A stretch of DNA of 64,000 nt. It comes from Candidatus Latescibacterota bacterium (lineage in GTDB: Bacteria > Latescibacterota > UBA2968 > GCA-2709665). The notes beneath the pieces are model-generated. The model had not been told where the DNA came from. It saw only the letters and a list, made by a program, of their open reading frames with translations, and ran no database searches. The translations under genes and the position numbers were made by a program. Of this stretch, positions 1 through 10,399 are shown piece after piece. Position 1 is the first letter of the stretch, and each line of letters opens with the position of its first letter. The stretch lies in NCBI GenBank assembly GCA_965219995.1, contig CBDCOX010000002.1, positions 4,096,001 to 4,160,000 of the forward strand, given 5' to 3'.

Positions 1-1575
1 GTTTCTTTCCAGCCACACCCCCGGTCGCAACACGGAAGGGGTCCGCAGGCTGAGCACGACACCGAAGCCCTCCCGTTCGACCCGCGCCTCGGCCTTCTCC
101 TGAAACAGGTCGCCGACGGAAAATGGCGGGCCGAGCGTCGGGGTCTGCAGCTTCAGCCGGCGGGATCTCAGCGCTCGCAACGTGTGAAAGAAGTATAACT
201 CACCGCTACGTAAATCGGCGCTGACCATCAGTCCTCCGCCGCAGATCAGGGCGCTTTCCGCACCGACGCCGCCGGACGTGCCGCCTCTCTCAACGGCCAG
301 CAGGTCCAGGCGTTTGGTCTTGACCGGAATGTCCTTGCTGTCCACCGAGGCGGTCGTCTCGACGTCGATCGCACCGGGTCCGGCCCCTGGCGCCGTCACC
401 GGTACGGCCAACTCGGTCCCGCCCTTCGGGTCGAGCGTCACCTGCCGCTCCCCTGCGTTGACTTCCACGCCGCCCGCCGGCCTCACCCGCAGTTTCGCGG
501 AACACGCCTCGTCCAGATTCGACCGCAGGGTCAGCAGCGCCTCTTGAGGCGTCCCCGGCGCAAGCACCCGACGAACGGGATCCAGGGAAACGTCAACCGC
601 CTGCCGCGCGGCGATCCCGGCCGCCAGTTCGATCCCCACGCCGTCGATCACAACGTCGGTCCGAAGCACCGCCGCTTTGGGCTCGCGCGTCTTCTCCTCA
701 ATGCCCGGATCGATGACGAACGTGCCCTCCATATCGACGGCGTCCGCGACGTCAAGCGCCTCGCGCGTTTCGACTCTGACGCCCGGATCGCCCGAGGCGG
801 CGAGAAAGACGCGCGCCGGCTGGGGCTTCCTGTTCTCGATGCGCCAGCGCACAGCGTGGGAAACGCCCGCGACCAGTTTCTCGTCGGGCAGGCTGCACGA
901 CGCCATCAGATCGTTGGTCTCGATCTCGATGATTCCCCAACTCTGCCGGTCGAACACCAGTCTGAGCAGATCGCCGTCGGGCGCGCGCCACTCATACTCG
1001 TAGACCTTCACCCTGCCGCGCGTCATCACGTCTTCTTCGAGGCTGAGTTCCCGCACCTGGGTTTCGTACCAGTCGTGCCTGGCGAAAAACGCGGCGGCGA
1101 GCGGATGCCGGCGGGCGGCGGGCGTGAAGTTCTCCATGTGCACGGACGAGTCCGGGCGCCACATGAAACCCGTCTTCTTGTACAGGGGAACGGCCTGCAG
1201 GTTTCCCGGCCAGGTGTAAAGGTCGACCTTCCGGCAGCCCGCCTCGAACGCGCGGTCCATCGCGCCCCACAGGGCCGACTTCCCGTGTCTCTTCCCGTGG
1301 TAATCGGGATGACAGTTGAGGTGCGGAATAAACGCCTGCGCCTTCTGTCCCGGCGTGGTCCTGATCGTGCACAGGCTGATGATGCGCTCTTCATTCTCCG
1401 TGACGATGGCCCCCAGCAGGTTGCTCTCCCTGATGCTTCGCTCCTGCTCTTCAGCGGACGTCTGCCATCCGCCGCCTCCAGGCCAGCCCACGTCGGCTTC
1501 CATCTCGAGCGTGGCGAGTTTCCGGTCGTCCCCCTCCCGCCAGTCCTCCACGAGGTTTCGGGTCTTATGGAGCAA
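1..1575 (-). CDS. Large GNAT-family N-acetyltransferase fusion protein (5' part only; runs off the window start)
   Basis: Not in the ORF track because there is no stop in the window. Manual translation from TTG 1575 (AGGAGGAG RBS upstream): MLHKTRNLVEDW...IPHLNCHPDYHGKRHGKSAL...KVDLYTWPGNLQAVPLYKKTGF, matching GNAT motifs A and B; the frame continues downstream. Confidence 0.8.
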   Translation of the reverse strand, partial: MLHKTRNLVEDWREGDDRKLATLEMEADVGWPGGGGWQTSAEEQERSIRESNLLGAIVTENEERIISLCTIRTTPGQKAQAFIPHLNCHPDYHGKRHGKSALWGAMDRAFEAGCRKVDLYTWPGNLQAVPLYKKTGFMWRPDSSVHMENFTPAARRHPLAAAFFARHDWYETQVRELSLEEDVMTRGRVKVYEYEWRAPDGDLLRLVFDRQSWGIIEIETNDLMASCSLPDEKLVAGVSHAVRWRIENRKPQPARVFLAASGDPGVRVETREALDVADAVDMEGTFVIDPGIEEKTREPKAAVLRTDVVIDGVGIELAAGIAARQAVDVSLDPVRRVLAPGTPQEALLTLRSNLDEACSAKLRVRPAGGVEVNAGERQVTLDPKGGTELAVPVTAPGAGPGAIDVETTASVDSKDIPVKTKRLDLLAVERGGTSGGVGAESALICGGGLMVSADLRSGELYFFHTLRALRSRRLKLQTPTLGPPFSVGDLFQEKAEARVEREGFGVVLSLRTPSVLRPGVWLERN

Positions 1576-1996
1576 CGGCTCCTCCTTCTTTCCTGAATAA
1601 TTCACTAAACATGAACTTACATGGATGGACAGGATGAACAGGATAAAGACCAAGAGCAGGACAAATGTTCACGATTCCGGGCCAAACCGATGGATCCTCA
1701 CCTTGGTGGGCTACGAAACATCACCCTGACCAATCAACTTCGTAATTCATGAAATTCCGTCGCATAATACTTCGCTGAATTTATTGAAAAACAACTCGTT
1801 ATACATCAAAACCAAGGATTTTCGTGGATAATTTACTCTACGTTAGATTCAAATATTGTTGAATTTATTTTCCGAATTAGGGAATATCAGATAGTTAAAA
1901 TACAATGACAATTACTATAAATCTATATCAGACTTCGAAAAACACAGGCGTCGAAGATCATCAGCCAGGTCCTTAGACACCGTGAACGCCAGCGAC

Positions 1997-4060
1997 CTAT
2001 CCGTTCCGTGCGAAATAGCTTGCGAAAGCCAAGAAATCGCTGTTCCCCACGGTCCCGTCGCCGTCCAGGTCGAAGCGCGCGTCATATCCTGGGTCGCCAA
2101 GGTTCAGGCCGAACTTCGCCGCGAACTGAAGAAAGTCGGAGAATCCCACGGTCCCGTCGCCGTCGAAGTCGGCAACAAGGGGTTGAGTCGCGCGAAACCG
2201 CGACACGTCCCACAGCAAAATCGTACCGTCCCGACTGCCGCTCGCCAATGTGTTCCCATCGTGCGAAAATACCACCGAGGTGACCAGATCGGTGTGTCCT
2301 TTGAGGATGCGCATTTCCTGCCCGGTGGCCAGATCCCACACCACCACCGCCTTGTACGGACTGCCGCCCGCCAGCGTCGTCCCATCCGGTGAATATGCCA
2401 ACGACCAGAATTGATGGCGAAATGGTATGGGGGTTGCAGTGAGGGCGCCGATTACCTGACCCGTGTCGACGTTCCACAAACGGATCGCATCGTCTCCGCC
2501 GCCGCCCGCCAGCGTCGTTCCATCGGGCGAAAACGCTACCGAGCGGACCGGACGCGTATGTCCTGTGAGGGCACCTATCTGCCGACGGGTGGCCGTGTCC
2601 CACAACCTCACCGTGCCGTCCCGGCTACAGCTCGCCAGCCTCTTTCCATCCGGTGAAAACACCACCGAAGCGACAGACCCCGCATGTCCTTTGAGAACGC
2701 CATTTTCCAGTCCTGCGGCCACATCCCACAACCGCACCAGGCTGTCCCGACCGGCGCTTGCAAGAGTTGAACCATCCGGCGAAAACACCACCGAATTCAC
2801 CCACCGGGTATGCCCTACCAACGTGCCATTTTCCAGTCCTGTGGTCATATCCCACAACCGCACGGTACGATCCCCATGGCCGCTTGCCAGCGCCATTCCA
2901 TGCGACTCGTATGCCACCGACTCGGCCCATCGTGCATTACCTGCAAGGATGCTCAATTCCTGCCCGGTGGCCGCGTCCCAAAACCTGACACCGTTGCTCT
3001 CGCCGCTTGCCAGCGTCGCCCCGTCCGGGGAAAACGCCACCGAACTGACCGAGCGGGTATGTCCCTTGAGGATGAGAATGTCTTCTTCGCGGCCAGTGGC
3101 CAATTCCCACAGACGAACCGTTCCGTCCGATCCGGCGCCTGTCAGCGTCGTCCCGTCCGGGGAAAACGCCAGCGAACGGACAGACGCTCTCTGTCCTGTG
3201 AGGGTGCCTTTTTCCTGCCCCTTTTCCACATCCCACAATCGCACCGATAGGTCAACACTGCCGCTTGCAAGGGTGGACCCGTCCGGGGAAAAGGCCAGCG
3301 TACGGACAGACCCCAAGTGTCCATCGAGGGCGTGTTCCTCCTGTCCGGTGCGCACGTCCCACAGGCGGACCACACTGTCCGCACCGGCGCTCGCAAGCGT
3401 CATCCCGTCCGGCGAAAAGGCCACCCGCTGGACCACGTTCGCATGCCCTGTCAGGGTGTGCTTTATCCGTTTCGAGTCCACGTCCCACAACCGCACCGTA
3501 CCGTCACTGCGAGCACTTGCCAGCGTTTTCCCATCCGGCGAAAATGCCATTGAATTGACCCATGACAAGTATCCCAGGAGGGTGCGTATTACCCGCCCTG
3601 TGGCCACGTTCCACAACCGTGTCGTGCCGTCCCGGCCGCCGCTCGCCAGCATCGTCCCATCCGGCGAAAACGCCACGGTTTCGACATCATAGGTGTGTTT
3701 ATCAAGGATGCGTAGTGTCTGTCCGGTGGCCAAGTCCCACAACCGGATCATATCGTCCCGGCTGCCACTGGCGAGTGTCATCCCATCCGGAGAAAACGCC
3801 ACGGAATTGACTCGGAACACGTGGCCCTTCAGCAAAGAAACTTCGTCACCGGTGCGGGCGTCGTAAAGCCAGACGCCGTATGTGCCTCCGACGGCCATGC
3901 GGGAGCCGTCCGGCGACCAGGCTACAGTGCGCACGTCGCCTTTGCCCATTCGAAGGAGGGCACCTTCGGGCAGGTTCCAGCGAGTGTAATCCTGCGCGCG
4001 GGCGTCCTGTGCGCACAGGGCCGCCATCAAGGCGACCATGCAGACCATCAGTTGTCTCAT
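1997..4060 (-). CDS. Secreted WD40-repeat protein with C-terminal EF-hand/dockerin-like Ca-binding pair
   Basis: Signal peptide, about 14 GH...SVAFSPDG...LASGS.D.TVRLWD repeats, C-terminal DFDGDGTVGFSDF / DLDGDGTVGNSDF. Confidence 0.93.
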   Translation of the reverse strand: MRQLMVCMVALMAALCAQDARAQDYTRWNLPEGALLRMGKGDVRTVAWSPDGSRMAVGGTYGVWLYDARTGDEVSLLKGHVFRVNSVAFSPDGMTLASGSRDDMIRLWDLATGQTLRILDKHTYDVETVAFSPDGTMLASGGRDGTTRLWNVATGRVIRTLLGYLSWVNSMAFSPDGKTLASARSDGTVRLWDVDSKRIKHTLTGHANVVQRVAFSPDGMTLASAGADSVVRLWDVRTGQEEHALDGHLGSVRTLAFSPDGSTLASGSVDLSVRLWDVEKGQEKGTLTGQRASVRSLAFSPDGTTLTGAGSDGTVRLWELATGREEDILILKGHTRSVSSVAFSPDGATLASGESNGVRFWDAATGQELSILAGNARWAESVAYESHGMALASGHGDRTVRLWDMTTGLENGTLVGHTRWVNSVVFSPDGSTLASAGRDSLVRLWDVAAGLENGVLKGHAGSVASVVFSPDGKRLASCSRDGTVRLWDTATRRQIGALTGHTRPVRSVAFSPDGTTLAGGGGDDAIRLWNVDTGQVIGALTATPIPFRHQFWSLAYSPDGTTLAGGSPYKAVVVWDLATGQEMRILKGHTDLVTSVVFSHDGNTLASGSRDGTILLWDVSRFRATQPLVADFDGDGTVGFSDFLQFAAKFGLNLGDPGYDARFDLDGDGTVGNSDFLAFASYFARNG

Positions 4061-4114
4061 ATGCGTGTCCGTAACTGCACCTATATGGAACTGGCGCGGC
4101 CGTCTCCGTGCTCT

Positions 4115-6448
4115 TCATTTCACCACGAACGCCGCATCCTTAGTGACGGTCTCGCCGCTGTTCACGTCCGTGACCGCCACCTGAAGCACCTGCCGTCCGG
4201 TTTTTTGCTGCCCCAGTTGCAGCGCCACGTACTCCACTTCCGAGCGTTGCGTTCCAACCAGCTCGTATGCCACCTCGACTTCCGCCCGCCGGTTTCCCCG
4301 CAGCCTCACAAGACGCGCGATATTGCCGATACCGGGTTCTCCCTTTTCACCCACGGTATAGGCCACGCGGAACCTTGTTTGCCCGAACGTGTCCCTGGCC
4401 AGATTGTAGATTTCATAATACACATAGACGCTGTGGCCCTTTCCATACGTGCGGGTTGGCATGGGTACGACATGTAATTCGCCCTTGCTGAATTTGTCTT
4501 CAAGACTGGTCTCCGAAATGCGCCAGGCCAGTTCCAGGTCGCTCATGCGAAGACCTGTCTCCGGGTATGCCTCCACGTGGATCGTCTGCCGGTACCGGCC
4601 GCGCCTGCCGGTGCGCCTGTCCCTGGCCTTCACTTCCATCCGATAGTTGCCCTGCGGCACGTCCAGCCGAGCGACGTCGGGAATAAACCCATCCGACCGT
4701 TGTCCCATGTCTCCCCGGCGACGAAACCGAACGTCGCCTTCAGCGCGATACACCGACCCGGTTTCCATGTTCAACACGGCGATCGTCCTTTCCACCTCGA
4801 GCGTCGTCACGTCTTCGGCCTCCACGTATTGCGCCGTTTCCTGTGGAATTCCGACGTAGACTTCAAGTGCGGACGCCGCGTCTCCGCGCCCTCGAAAGTC
4901 GGCCAGGTCGTAGTAGAACTCAAGTGGATCTTCGTTAACAGGCGGCTGGTAGTAGTTCGGCATCCGCGCGGCCGCGCGCATACTCACGTTTTGCGGACTG
5001 AACCTGTTGAACATGGCCATTCTTCGAATATCGATATCCACGTCGACGGGTGCGGGCGCGAAGTCGAACTTCCCTGTCAGTCGCTCGTCCGTAAACGTCA
5101 CCTCCATTCCGCCGCCCGCGCCGTTATAGACGTAGACCCAGCTCTCCCAGGGTACCATCGATTCGTCCGGTCGATTGGCGATCACCGGGCGGTAGGCGGG
5201 GGCCATGAATCCGCCGAAGTCATGCCCTTCGCGGATGCTGCGTACCGGAAATGCGACCAGGATGTCTCCCCAACTCGTATCCATCGGCGCGCCGTGAAGT
5301 TGCCGCGCGATCGATTCCTTTACCCGTTGGACCTCCAGACTCTGCTGGAAGTTCACCCAGTCAGACCTCGAGCGATGATCGGGCTCGCCGAATCTTACGT
5401 ACATCTCACCCCGCGTATCCCACGGCTGCTTCGCTTTGGCGAAGTGCTGCCGCGCGAACCACACGCGCCGGTAATGCTCCAGTCGCCGCTCGTTGGCGGC
5501 TGTCGTCAGATCCGGGTCCCGGTCTCCCCAGAACCGGGTAAGGTAAGCGTCCCTGTCGTTCGCCTGCGTAAGGGCCTCGAATTCGTCGGGAGAAGCCAGG
5601 AGACGGATATCCTCATACAACGCCCGTTCTGCAGGTTCACACGCTTCGAGATATCTCTCGTATGCAACTTCCGCCAGGCCAAGGGAGTCCTGTGCGAGAT
5701 AGGCGTTCGCGAGGACGAGCGACATTTCGATCGCGTCGGGATGGTTCTGAATCTGCGTACGCATCAGGTCCACAACGCGAGCGTGGTCGCCGACTCTACC
5801 ATAGGCCCCCGCCAGACGCAGAGCGGTTTCCAGATCATCGGGCCTTAGAGACAGGTATCGTTCGTAGTGCTCCGCGGCGCGCGGATGGTCTTCCTTGAAT
5901 GTCTCGTACCATTCACCGAGAAGCCGGTGCGCAGGCGCAAACGCGGGGTCCATCTTTAGCAACTTCTCCGCCTCACGACCCACGTCGTGTTCTCCCATCG
6001 CGTACCTCGCCTCGGCGATATGGTACCGCGCTTCCAGGTAGTTTCGGTCGTATTGCAGCGCCTTCTTGAAGTAGTCGATCGCCGTGTACAGGCCTTTCGG
6101 TTTCTCCCTCCATACAAGCCCGAGTCCGTTGTACGCCGGAGCGTATTTGTGCTGCCGCCGCCGCGCATCCATAAATGCCCGCTCAGCTGCCTTCAGGTCC
6201 CCGGTCTTCAGACGTACGTGGCCGAGTCCGACGTATGAGGGCGCGTGTTTCCCGTCGATCTCGATTGCCGAACGGAATTTCGCAGCCGCTTCGTCAAACC
6301 TGCCGTTTTCGAGCAGGTCCATTCCCTTGCCATATAGATTCTGAACCAGAGCGCGATTCTCAACGGACACCGGCGCCGCAAGAACGTCCCCATCGCGAGA
6401 CGTTAACGCGGTGATCGCCAGGACCGCCAGGACCGCTATGGGTCTCAT
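4115..6448 (-). CDS. Secreted TPR + GWxTD-domain protein
   Basis: Signal peptide, N-terminal TPRs, FWGDRDPD...NERRLEHYRRV...WDTRGEMYVRFGEPD (GWxTD core), C-terminal YVYYEIYNL Ig-like domain. Confidence 0.85.
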   Translation of the reverse strand: MRPIAVLAVLAITALTSRDGDVLAAPVSVENRALVQNLYGKGMDLLENGRFDEAAAKFRSAIEIDGKHAPSYVGLGHVRLKTGDLKAAERAFMDARRRQHKYAPAYNGLGLVWREKPKGLYTAIDYFKKALQYDRNYLEARYHIAEARYAMGEHDVGREAEKLLKMDPAFAPAHRLLGEWYETFKEDHPRAAEHYERYLSLRPDDLETALRLAGAYGRVGDHARVVDLMRTQIQNHPDAIEMSLVLANAYLAQDSLGLAEVAYERYLEACEPAERALYEDIRLLASPDEFEALTQANDRDAYLTRFWGDRDPDLTTAANERRLEHYRRVWFARQHFAKAKQPWDTRGEMYVRFGEPDHRSRSDWVNFQQSLEVQRVKESIARQLHGAPMDTSWGDILVAFPVRSIREGHDFGGFMAPAYRPVIANRPDESMVPWESWVYVYNGAGGGMEVTFTDERLTGKFDFAPAPVDVDIDIRRMAMFNRFSPQNVSMRAAARMPNYYQPPVNEDPLEFYYDLADFRGRGDAASALEVYVGIPQETAQYVEAEDVTTLEVERTIAVLNMETGSVYRAEGDVRFRRRGDMGQRSDGFIPDVARLDVPQGNYRMEVKARDRRTGRRGRYRQTIHVEAYPETGLRMSDLELAWRISETSLEDKFSKGELHVVPMPTRTYGKGHSVYVYYEIYNLARDTFGQTRFRVAYTVGEKGEPGIGNIARLVRLRGNRRAEVEVAYELVGTQRSEVEYVALQLGQQKTGRQVLQVAVTDVNSGETVTKDAAFVVK

Positions 6449-6570
6449 TTTGGTACCTCCAGGAAATAAGAGGTCCTGTTGGAGATTTGGAGGCGCTTCA
6501 GGTGAGCAGGTTTGCGTCTTCGCGTGAACTGAATTCCGGCAATCTATCTCCCGGACAGATACGTTGCTGC

Positions 6571-9500
6571 TTACTCCAGCACCAGTTGAACCGTCTTTTC
6601 ACGTTCGGTGCGGGCGTGGTTGTCGCGGACCCTGACTGTCAGCAGAAACTCTCCGCTGCCGGCCTTGCTCAGGTCCAGCGAGCGATATTCCCGGGTATCC
6701 GGCGCATCACCCAGCTGCGAGACGGTGACCGTCGTGGCGGGTTTCTTCCCGCTGCCGAAGATTCTGAGCAGCCTACTGACGCCCTTCCGCTTCAGCCGGG
6801 TCAGCCCGTACGAAATATCGAATGAAGTTGTGCCCCGCTCGTCGGGCGTCAGATTGTACAGCTCGAAATAGATGTATACCGGGTCCTTGCGGGAGAATCG
6901 GAGAGAGGGATTGGGTACCGCATTGATTCCACGAAGATTGAACCCCTCGCTGCCCTTGACGTCGGGCCAGATTACATGCGCCGGAACGACGCTGCTCATT
7001 TCCAGTTCCGTCTCCGAAAAATCCGGAATCCGCACGCTCTGCTTCCAACCCCCCAGCAGACGCCGCCGCGACGGCCGCAGGAAAAACGCTGCATGACTCG
7101 AGTCGGGGTCCGCCGAAAGCCTGAGTACGCCGAAACTCCGTTCTTCGTACCGGGACCGTTCGACCTGCGACTTTCGTACGTGTCCAGTAAGGTTCTCAAA
7201 CCGGTTCCATTGCATGTCATGAAGCGTCAGGCCGTACTCATAGATGGAAGACGTATCCGGTAGCGAACCGTAGTCCTTGTTCAACGCTTTAAAGGGCATT
7301 CCATAATACAGCTCGACGTCCTCCCTGCCCGATTCGCCCTTGAAGAATGCCAGGTAGGACTCGTAATCAAGCGCATCCACGTCGTCCACCCATGAATGCC
7401 GGTCCGTCTTGAGACCCATCTTTACGGAAGCGTGCGCTTCACGTCTGGATTTCTCATTCTCCCACCGCAAACGCTGTCCAAAGTTCCCCGAGCCTGAAAG
7501 GGATTCCACCAGACGCCAGTTCGAACCCATACTGCTGGGTGTGGCGACAAAATTGAACACCATTTTCGGGAATTCATCCGTCTTCCAGTAATGCCAGACT
7601 TCCGCCATTGAAAACTTCTGCGTATCCGACGGACGGCCGTGCCGTATGTATACGAGTCCCGGATCGTTGAACCGGTCGTTCAACTCGATCGTGCTCGGAT
7701 ACGGGATCTTGTCGTCTCTGTCGGGATCGTAGAACCAGGTACGAAATCCGTCGTAGATGTAATACCGTTCGACATACAGGATCCGTCGATAGTGCTCCGC
7801 CAGACGTACGTTGGGAGACACGGCCGGGGTGGGATCCCGGCTCGCCCATAGCTTCCGGAAGAACTCCCGATGGGCCTCCGGCGTTTCGAGCCTGGAAAAC
7901 GCATCCATCTCCTCTACGGTAACGATGTATTTGACGTCTTCATACATCAGCCGCGCGTCCAGTGAGTCCCGGATGTTCTCAACTGCCTTGTTGTAATGGC
8001 CCTCTCCGGCTTCCAGGTCATCGCGGGCGTAGGCGATGCGCGCCAGCGAGAGATAGGCCGGTATGACGCTCAACGATGGATGCGACGCGACCCAGGCACG
8101 CAACACCGTGTCTGCGCGGGCCGTCCGACCGGCGAGACGCAGGGCCTCGCCCTCGAAATAACGCGCGTATTCCGAACCATGCCTGCGCATCCACTTCAGT
8201 GCATCCTCCGGGTCCATATTGTCCAGGAGATACAGGTACAATCGCCGCAGCCTGCGCCGATGCACGAGTTCGTTCGGCTTGATCCGCACCTGGTTTTCAC
8301 CCAGCTTGATCGCTTTGACAAACGCCATGTCATAGCGCTTGAGTACTGCATACTGATACAACGCGTCACGGTACTCCGGCGCTTCATCCACGAGTCGTCT
8401 GAAGAACCGTTCCGATCGCCGCCAACTCAGCCAGCGCATCACAGTCGCCTGGTATTTCCCGGCTTCCCGGTGCGCGACCGCCAGTCGATAGAGTGCTTCC
8501 GGATTGTCCGGGTCCTGCTTCAGAATCCGCGCTGACCACTTCTTCTGGTCCCCCCAGTTCTCCTCCGCCATCGCCACGTCACTCAACGCCATCAGCGCCG
8601 GGGGTGACTCCGGCGCCCGCTTCAACGCCCGCTTCAGGTAATATTTCGCGTCGTCCCAGGCGTCCTGCTGCAGATACGCCCTTCCCAACCCCACAAAGGC
8701 CGGCGAATACCCGTCGTCCTCAGAGATCGCATCCTCGAATTGCCGCCTGGCCTCGTCGAGTTTGCCTGCGGCCAGCAGCCCCACCCCCTGGTTGTACGCC
8801 GCCGGCCCATCGGGGTCTGCCGCCAGCGCCGCTTCGGATGCCGGGGGTTGGCTGACGCCCGGCGGAGAAGAAGCGGATTCCCGTATCCGTCGAGGTACGC
8901 GAAGGGACCGAAAGCCCGTTTCAGGCCCCGTCGCCCGCTCGAAATCCGTGCGCCGCGTTCCCGGTCTGACGTTCAGGCGTTGCACGAGCGTGTCGCTGTC
9001 CACGAGATGGGTCAGGCGGACGCCTTCCAGGTCGCGAATCGCAACGGGTTCCGCGCGGTCCAGCAGCAGCCGTTCGGGCCGCGGCACCATCGTGGACGGG
9101 AACACCAGCACGCCGCGGGCGGGCGGGTCTTCGGCGATCGCTCCCGGCGGGGCGTGAGCGCCGGCGGGATCGGAGACCGAGACGACCGTTATCGCCCCGG
9201 CGATACCCCCGCCCCGGGCCTCATCGAGGCCCTCTACCGCGGAGGCCACCGCCTCGGCGGTGTATACGGTCACTTCCGCCGCCACGTCTGCCGCCCGATC
9301 CAGCGCATCTTCGTCCGGCATCGCTTCCTTCGCGAAACCCGAGAACGCCGGAATATAGACCACACGGATGGTATCTGTATCCCAGACGTCCGCTGCCATC
9401 TGTCCGCGCGTACGGTTCACCACCAGGACGTTCGGCGTGGCCGGCGCCGGCATGATCAGATGTACGGGAGCGCTCCACCGCGCGGACAGGTCCTCGTCCT

Positions 9501-9897
9501 TCGCAACGCGGTTCATGAAGCCCATCAGGTTCAGGCTTACACGCGCGTCGATCCGGCGCATCCGGATGTCGGCCAGCAGCAGCCGGGTCTCTTCCGCGCC
9601 GACCGAGCCCGCCTCCAGCGCCAGGTTCATCGCGTCGACGTCCCGTTTGAGCTCCAGGAGCGACCTGCGGTTCAGGACACGCAAGTCACTGAGCATCTCC
9701 TCGAAGTCTCCGACGCGGGAAGGTGTCGACCGGCCGGATTTCACGGCGTGAATAGAACCTCCCCCGCCCACCTTCAAACGAATGCTGTCCGCCGGTCCGC
9801 CGATACCCCGAACACGCACTTCCAGCGAATCGACCGCGGCCGCGTCTGCAGCGGACAGCATCGCAAAAACCAAAACGACAGGAATCACGGGTCGCAT
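6571..9897 (-). CDS. Large secreted TPR + GWxTD-domain protein with long N-terminal extension
   Basis: Signal peptide MRPVIPVVLVFAMLSAADAAA from ATG 9897, TPRs, WASRDPTP...NVRLAEHYRRI...DPGLVYIRHGRP, C-terminal YIYFELYNL domain. Confidence 0.82.
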   Translation of the reverse strand: MRPVIPVVLVFAMLSAADAAAVDSLEVRVRGIGGPADSIRLKVGGGGSIHAVKSGRSTPSRVGDFEEMLSDLRVLNRRSLLELKRDVDAMNLALEAGSVGAEETRLLLADIRMRRIDARVSLNLMGFMNRVAKDEDLSARWSAPVHLIMPAPATPNVLVVNRTRGQMAADVWDTDTIRVVYIPAFSGFAKEAMPDEDALDRAADVAAEVTVYTAEAVASAVEGLDEARGGGIAGAITVVSVSDPAGAHAPPGAIAEDPPARGVLVFPSTMVPRPERLLLDRAEPVAIRDLEGVRLTHLVDSDTLVQRLNVRPGTRRTDFERATGPETGFRSLRVPRRIRESASSPPGVSQPPASEAALAADPDGPAAYNQGVGLLAAGKLDEARRQFEDAISEDDGYSPAFVGLGRAYLQQDAWDDAKYYLKRALKRAPESPPALMALSDVAMAEENWGDQKKWSARILKQDPDNPEALYRLAVAHREAGKYQATVMRWLSWRRSERFFRRLVDEAPEYRDALYQYAVLKRYDMAFVKAIKLGENQVRIKPNELVHRRRLRRLYLYLLDNMDPEDALKWMRRHGSEYARYFEGEALRLAGRTARADTVLRAWVASHPSLSVIPAYLSLARIAYARDDLEAGEGHYNKAVENIRDSLDARLMYEDVKYIVTVEEMDAFSRLETPEAHREFFRKLWASRDPTPAVSPNVRLAEHYRRILYVERYYIYDGFRTWFYDPDRDDKIPYPSTIELNDRFNDPGLVYIRHGRPSDTQKFSMAEVWHYWKTDEFPKMVFNFVATPSSMGSNWRLVESLSGSGNFGQRLRWENEKSRREAHASVKMGLKTDRHSWVDDVDALDYESYLAFFKGESGREDVELYYGMPFKALNKDYGSLPDTSSIYEYGLTLHDMQWNRFENLTGHVRKSQVERSRYEERSFGVLRLSADPDSSHAAFFLRPSRRRLLGGWKQSVRIPDFSETELEMSSVVPAHVIWPDVKGSEGFNLRGINAVPNPSLRFSRKDPVYIYFELYNLTPDERGTTSFDISYGLTRLKRKGVSRLLRIFGSGKKPATTVTVSQLGDAPDTREYRSLDLSKAGSGEFLLTVRVRDNHARTEREKTVQLVLE

Positions 9898-9902
9898 AAC
9901 CG

Positions 9903-10376
9903 CTATCTCCACTGTTGCTCCAGTTCGGCTTCCATTTCCAGGATAGACGCCTTGATCTGCGCCAGTTCCTTTCGAATGGGCGCGGATGTTCCGTTTCCGG
10001 CCGGATGAACCGGTTCGTACATCTCCAACCCCCAGATCGCAATCATCAGGGCGGCGGCCACCGCCGCCGGCGCGAGCACGCCACGGGGAATCCTGTCAAC
10101 CAGGTCCGACAGTCGCCATGGAATGCGCCCCGGCCTCTCGGGCAGGCGATCCGACAACCCGTCCCAGAGCCCTGCAGGCGCCGTTTCGTTTGCAACGGCC
10201 GCCGCAAAATGTCCCCGGACCGCGCCCTCACTCCGGCGCAGCCGTTCGAACGCAATGGCGCAATCTCCGCACTGCGCCAGGTGCGCCCGCATCGCCTTTT
10301 CATCCATCGGCGACAGATCGGCGTCCAGCCAGCTGTGCATCCGCCTTCTGGCTTCGCGACATTCAAGATTCGGCAT
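9903..10376 (-). CDS. Zinc-finger (zf-HC2/ZAS) transmembrane anti-sigma factor
   Basis: HLAQCGDC (HxxxCxxC) motif, one hydrophobic helix, directly downstream of an ECF sigma gene. Confidence 0.85.
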   Translation of the reverse strand: MPNLECREARRRMHSWLDADLSPMDEKAMRAHLAQCGDCAIAFERLRRSEGAVRGHFAAAVANETAPAGLWDGLSDRLPERPGRIPWRLSDLVDRIPRGVLAPAAVAAALMIAIWGLEMYEPVHPAGNGTSAPIRKELAQIKASILEMEAELEQQWR

Positions 10377-10399
10377 GTTGCAATCCTTTCTTATCTCGA

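Noticed and set aside
544-1596. 350-aa plus-strand ORF
   Set aside because: Codon-aligned antisense shadow of the minus-strand GNAT gene; no motifs.
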